A program made the position numbers and the translations under genes. The notes beneath the pieces are model-generated. The model was given only the letters and a program-made list of their open reading frames with translations, did no database searches and was not told the origin of the DNA. 64,000 bases of DNA from the NCBI GenBank assembly GCA_037189525.1, contig JBBCJC010000002.1, positions 864,001 to 928,000 of the forward strand, read 5' to 3'. The DNA is from Gemmatimonadales bacterium (lineage in GTDB: Bacteria > Gemmatimonadota > Gemmatimonadetes > Gemmatimonadales > GWC2-71-9). Numbering within the stretch: the first letter of the stretch is position 1; each line of letters starts with the position of its first letter. Below, piece by piece: positions 59,566 through 64,000 of this stretch.

Positions 59566-62145
59566 ATGCATCCATCTCGCGATCATCATCTCCCGGTCGA
59601 CCGGGCCGCGTACCATGCTGCCCGGCCGGCTCGCGGTCGGGTCATCGTGATTGCCCCCACCCGCGCGGCCTGCGAAACGATCGAGCTCGCGCTCGGTACC
59701 GAGATCGAGACCCTGCTGGCTCGAAACCATGGTGCGGAGCTAGCGTCGTGGGGCGCGGCGGGGAAGGGATTCGGGATCGTCGCGGGCACCGGCACCGGCA
59801 AGACGCTCTCGATCCGGATCATTGCCCAGGCCATTCTGCAGGAGAGTCTCCGGTACGGCGTGGTCAACCGGGAGCGAGAGGCCACCCCGGAAACGCCCAA
59901 CTGGAACGTGGTGATCGTGACGACGGGGATTGCCCGTCGCTGGTTCCAGGATGATCTGATCACCGCGCAGGACACCCTCGTGGTCGACGAGATCCATCAG
60001 ACCTCGGCCGAACTCGAACTGTGCCTGGCGCTGGGCAAGCGAACCGGCTGCCGTTTCATCTGGCTCTCCGCGACGGTTGATCCGACCTTCTATGCCCGCT
60101 ACCTGCGGAGCGACCATGTGCTCGAAACCAGCGCGTTCGATCCCGCGCTCCGGGCGCGGGTCGAGGTCGTGGCCAAGGACGTGCGCGACTTCATCGACGA
60201 AAAGTTCGTGCGGCGGATCATCCGGGAGCGCCGCGGAGTGGCCGTATTCGTCCCGACCCGCGCCGAAGTGGAACGGCTGGCGCAGGAAGTCGGTACCCGC
60301 TGGCTCAAGCTCAACACGGCGTTCTATCACGGTGGCGAACCGATTCGGGTGATTCGTCCGTTCCTCGAGGGTGAGGTGGACAAGCCGTTCCTGCTGGCGA
60401 TGACGGCGGCGGGACAGTCGGCCATCAACGTGCTGGGGCTCGATACGGTGGTGATCTACGACGCCCGTTACGGTAACGTGGTGGACCGGGGCCGCAACGT
60501 GCTCCATCGTCTGCATCTGGGCGCCAACGAGATTCTGCAGATGGCGGGCCGGGTGCACGGGCGCGTGGCCAAGGGCGAAGTCACCATCCTCACCAACCGG
60601 CCACTCCGTTTCGAAGATCTGCGGCCCACGCCCCCCGAGTTCCAGCTCGCCGGCGATGCGGAGCGGGTGGCGCTGACCTGCGCGGCGCTCGGTGTCGACG
60701 CCAGCGAACTGGAACTGCCGGTGCCGCTCGATCGAGTGGCCTATCGGCAGGCCCTGTCTCTGCTCACCGAGCGCGGTCTGATTGCCGACGGCAAGCTGAC
60801 CGAGTTTGGGCGTGAGGTCGAGGCCATGCCGGTCGAGCGGGCCTGGGGTGAACTGCTGGTGCGCGGCGACCCCGAGCTGGCGCCCATCCTGGCGGTGGCC
60901 TCGAGCGTCGACTCGTTGCATCGGATGACCCGGGAGGAGCGCGACCTTCGCGGCATTGCGGTGCCGGGCAGCGATCACCTCACCGCGTACAATCTCTACG
61001 TCGAGGCCGTCAACCGGTTCGGCGCCATCGGCGAAGTGCACGGGTTGCCTCGTCACGTGTTCGAAGCGGGAATCGCCGAGTGGGCGGAAGAGCGGGGCGT
61101 TCTGGTCAAGGCCATCGAAGACGCGGCGATGGGGATGGCGTCGGTCTATCGCTCGCTCGAGCTTGGCTTGCCGCGCAGCCTTCCCTATGTCAGCAAGGAC
61201 CTCAAGGCGCGTTTCATCGACCTGCTTGCGCGGACCATGCCGTTCGATCTGGTCATCGACGAACAGACGGTCGATGGCCAGGAGGCCCGGGTGTCCAAGA
61301 CCTCGCTGGCGGGGTCCTGGGGAGCGGTCGCGGGTTCGCTTCGGTACTTCGCCGATCGGCTGGGTGTGCCGCGCGCGTCGATCGAGGGTACCACGATTTC
61401 CTACGAGCTGGTCCGTCAGCATGCCAAGCGCAGTGCGCCGATGGTGTCGATCGGCGGCCCGCGGAAACACCAGGGGTTCGTGGTGTCTCGCCTGCTCGAG
61501 TATTTCGGCTTTCGGCTGGAGGCCGTCGAGGAACCGCTGCGGGGCGCGTTGCCGCCGGAACTGGTTGCGGGCGCAATCGAGGCGGTGGTCTCCGGCCTGA
61601 TCGAGGGCAGCGTGGCGCATCCCGATCACGGCAAGGTGCGCCGAGCGGTGCGCGAGCTGGATGAGTATTGGCGTCGATCGGGTGGCACGCTCGACGAGGC
61701 GAGTCCCGATCGGGTCCGCCAGGCCCTGGCAGCGCAGCTGGCCGGTCTGTCGAGCTGGGCCGATCTGCAGCGCCGCCGGCTCGAACTCGACCCGGGCGAC
61801 CTGATCGACCTGCCTACCCGGGTGGCGCTCGACCGGCTGCCGGTGACCGTCCACCTGGCGGGCGATGCGACGGCGATCGAGTATCAGATCGAGCGGGGCC
61901 AGGGGATCGCGCGGCTCCGTTTGCGGGAGGGACAGGCGCGGCGACTGACCGAAACCGATCTTCCCGAGCTGGACCGGCCGATCCGATTTGCGGTGGTGCG
62001 GGGCGCCGAGCAGGCGCTCGAGGCCGAGTCGCTGGAGATGCTGCAGGCGCTGCTACGGAAACCGTCGCCCAAGGCGCATCCGCATCGGCATCGCAAGACG
62101 GGGCGTCGCATTCCGCGTCCACGGGGCGGGGGACGACGACGCTGA
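59566..62145 (+). CDS. DExH-box SF2 helicase, HrpB-like
   Basis: GTGTGKT, TTG, DEIH, SAT, VFVPTR, QMAGR; C-terminus resembles the HrpB tail. Confidence 0.85.
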   Translation: MHPSRDHHLPVDRAAYHAARPARGRVIVIAPTRAACETIELALGTEIETLLARNHGAELASWGAAGKGFGIVAGTGTGKTLSIRIIAQAILQESLRYGVVNREREATPETPNWNVVIVTTGIARRWFQDDLITAQDTLVVDEIHQTSAELELCLALGKRTGCRFIWLSATVDPTFYARYLRSDHVLETSAFDPALRARVEVVAKDVRDFIDEKFVRRIIRERRGVAVFVPTRAEVERLAQEVGTRWLKLNTAFYHGGEPIRVIRPFLEGEVDKPFLLAMTAAGQSAINVLGLDTVVIYDARYGNVVDRGRNVLHRLHLGANEILQMAGRVHGRVAKGEVTILTNRPLRFEDLRPTPPEFQLAGDAERVALTCAALGVDASELELPVPLDRVAYRQALSLLTERGLIADGKLTEFGREVEAMPVERAWGELLVRGDPELAPILAVASSVDSLHRMTREERDLRGIAVPGSDHLTAYNLYVEAVNRFGAIGEVHGLPRHVFEAGIAEWAEERGVLVKAIEDAAMGMASVYRSLELGLPRSLPYVSKDLKARFIDLLARTMPFDLVIDEQTVDGQEARVSKTSLAGSWGAVAGSLRYFADRLGVPRASIEGTTISYELVRQHAKRSAPMVSIGGPRKHQGFVVSRLLEYFGFRLEAVEEPLRGALPPELVAGAIEAVVSGLIEGSVAHPDHGKVRRAVRELDEYWRRSGGTLDEASPDRVRQALAAQLAGLSSWADLQRRRLELDPGDLIDLPTRVALDRLPVTVHLAGDATAIEYQIERGQGIARLRLREGQARRLTETDLPELDRPIRFAVVRGAEQALEAESLEMLQALLRKPSPKAHPHRHRKTGRRIPRPRGGGRRR

Positions 62146-62240
62146 AGACGGACTGGAACCGATGGGGCGGTCCCGCCGTACAGAGTACCTTCTGTTGCGC
62201 AACTGAACACTGCTGTTTCTCGATTCTGCCGGAGCATGAT

Positions 62241-63698
62241 ATGCGTCGTCACAAGGGTGTGCCGTTGCTGGGCCTGTCGTTTCTCGTTGCCTGTTCATCG
62301 CCTGCGCCGGCGCCGGATCCGAGCCAGGAGGCCATTGCCGCCGTCACGGCCGGATTGCGTCCACCGGTCGTCGTCACCGGCGAGCCGGAGCTGTCGTATG
62401 CCCTGGCCGATCGGATGGCGCACTACAAGGTGCCCGGCGTCTCGATTGCCGTGGTCGACAGCGGGCGGATCGTCTGGGCCCGTGGCTTCGGTGTCATGAC
62501 CACGGGGACGACCGATTCGGTGACGGATTCGACGTTGTTCCAGGCGGCATCGATCAGCAAACCGGTGGCGGCCACCGGCATGCTGCGTCTGGTGGAAGAG
62601 GGCAAGCTGGCGCTCGATCTGCCGGTCAACGGCTTCCTCAAGAGCTGGCAGGTTCCGGAGAATCGCTTCACCGCCAAGGAGAAGGTGACGCTGCGCCGGC
62701 TGGTATCGCACAGCGCGGGGCTCACCGTCCACGGATTTCCCGGATACGCAGCTGGCGATACCATCCCGACTGTGCCGCAGATCCTGGATGGCGTGCGGCC
62801 GGCCAACACGGGGCCGGTGCGGGTCGATGTCGTGCCGGGCAGCCGCTGGCGCTATTCGGGCGGCGGAACCACGGTTCTGCAACTCGCCATGATCGATGCG
62901 ACGGGTGAAGCCTTTCCCGGGTTGATGAAGCGCCTGGTGCTCGATCCGATGGGGATGGCGCACAGCACCTATGAGCAGCCGCTGCCGGCTGCGCTTGCCG
63001 GGCGGGAAGCGGCCGGACACGGCATCGACGGCAGTCTCGTGACCGGCCGGTGGCACACCTATCCCGAGATGGCGGCGGCGGGTCTCTGGACGACGCCGAC
63101 CGATCTGATGCATTGGGCCATCGGGGTGGCCGGGGCGCGGGCGGGCACCTCGACCGGCGTGCTGTCGAAGGACATGGCGACCCAGATGCTGACCGTACAG
63201 AAAGCGCCGAGCGGGTTGGGGCCGGCGCTCGAGGGGAGCGGGCGGGCATTCCGGTTTGGGCATGGTGGCGCCAATCGCGGCTTTCGCGCGCACGTCTACT
63301 ATTTTCCCGAAACGGGCCAGGGCGCGGCGGTCATGACCAACTCCGACAACGGGTCGGCGCTGGTGCGGGAGGTCATGAACGGGATTGCGAAAGTGTATCA
63401 GTGGCCGGAGTTCGGCCCGCGCGAGGTTGCCAGGGTTGCCAAGGATTCGGCTGCGCTTGCCGCGTACGTAGGCCGCTATGCAGCCGAGCAGCCGCAGCCG
63501 GTTGCGGCAACGGTGACGCTCGACGGCTCGACGCTGTTCATCGAGGTGCCGGGCTTCGTTTCCAAGAGTGAACTCATTTTCATCGACGCGAACAAGGCCA
63601 TTTTTACGGACGGGCTCGAAATCACGTTTGTGCCGGATGCCAAGGGAGCGATCACGGCCATCGGGCTTGGCGGGATGACCATTCGGAGGGTTCCATGA
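62241..63698 (+). CDS. Lipoprotein serine hydrolase, beta-lactamase class C-like
   Basis: LVA-C lipobox, FQAASISK (SxxK), YSGGG, HGG. Confidence 0.9.
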   Translation: MRRHKGVPLLGLSFLVACSSPAPAPDPSQEAIAAVTAGLRPPVVVTGEPELSYALADRMAHYKVPGVSIAVVDSGRIVWARGFGVMTTGTTDSVTDSTLFQAASISKPVAATGMLRLVEEGKLALDLPVNGFLKSWQVPENRFTAKEKVTLRRLVSHSAGLTVHGFPGYAAGDTIPTVPQILDGVRPANTGPVRVDVVPGSRWRYSGGGTTVLQLAMIDATGEAFPGLMKRLVLDPMGMAHSTYEQPLPAALAGREAAGHGIDGSLVTGRWHTYPEMAAAGLWTTPTDLMHWAIGVAGARAGTSTGVLSKDMATQMLTVQKAPSGLGPALEGSGRAFRFGHGGANRGFRAHVYYFPETGQGAAVMTNSDNGSALVREVMNGIAKVYQWPEFGPREVARVAKDSAALAAYVGRYAAEQPQPVAATVTLDGSTLFIEVPGFVSKSELIFIDANKAIFTDGLEITFVPDAKGAITAIGLGGMTIRRVP

Positions 63699-64000
63699 AG
63701 TCAGTGTCCATCGTTCCGGTTCTCGGTTTGCTACTCGCGCCGCCTCTGGCTGCGCAGGTGCCGGGGCCGTCGTTTCGCGATATGATCGATCTCAAGACCG
63801 CCAGTTCCCCGGCGATTTCGCCGGATGGCCGGTCGGTGGCGTATGTGGTGCGCACGACCGATTGGCAGGACAACCGGTTCGACACCGAGATCTGGCTCTG
63901 GCGCGAGGGCGAGAGCGCCTTTCAGCTGACGCGGGTGGCCAAGGGCACCAGCAGTTCGCCGCGCTGGTCGCCGGACGGGCAGTGGATCGGGTTTCTCTCC
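63695..64000 (+). CDS. Probable S9 prolyl oligopeptidase family protein, 5' part only
   Basis: Manual translation: signal peptide MKSVSIVPVLGLLLAPPLAAQ, then propeller motifs AISPDGRSVAYV and PRWSPDGQWIGF; ATGA overlap with the upstream gene. Confidence 0.75.
   Translation, partial: MKSVSIVPVLGLLLAPPLAAQVPGPSFRDMIDLKTASSPAISPDGRSVAYVVRTTDWQDNRFDTEIWLWREGESAFQLTRVAKGTSSSPRWSPDGQWIGFLS

Noticed and set aside
59740..61854. 704-aa minus-strand ORF
   Set aside because: Antisense shadow of the helicase

Overview
High-GC (roughly 65-70% by eye) bacterial chromosomal segment, densely coding (about 55 CDS). Gene content suggests Gemmatimonadota or a similar lineage (Kgd-type 2-oxoglutarate dehydrogenase, PadR/ADOP permease pair, Hanks kinase with 2TM plus coiled-coil tail); this is inference. 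Core genes include glpD, fadI/fadJ, fused E1 alpha/beta 2-oxoacid dehydrogenase, rsgA, lon and pfkA, plus many secreted hydrolases and two two-component systems. I found no rRNA, tRNA, CRISPR array, integrase or transposase. There are two accessory-looking patches: a lower-GC Ig-repeat lipoprotein/XRE islet (about 13.0-15.2 kb) and a tpl / Fe-S membrane protein / CMD / PadR-ADOP / Fic stretch (about 31.2-39.5 kb) with strong AT-rich palindromes. Most notable observations: (1) a XoxF/MxaF-like PQQ dehydrogenase with a remodelled active site, downstream of a TSP3-repeat outer-membrane protein; (2) an HrpB-like DExH helicase whose motif Ia-like element precedes Walker A; (3) a phosphofructokinase with an inserted YxGPERR motif, a candidate c-di-GMP site; (4) a 73-bp nested inverted repeat over the Fic start; (5) three sigma54-type promoters with shared IHF-like boxes; (6) a frameshifted permease remnant inside an HlyD/ABC operon. 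All family calls come from motif recognition by eye; no searches were run.
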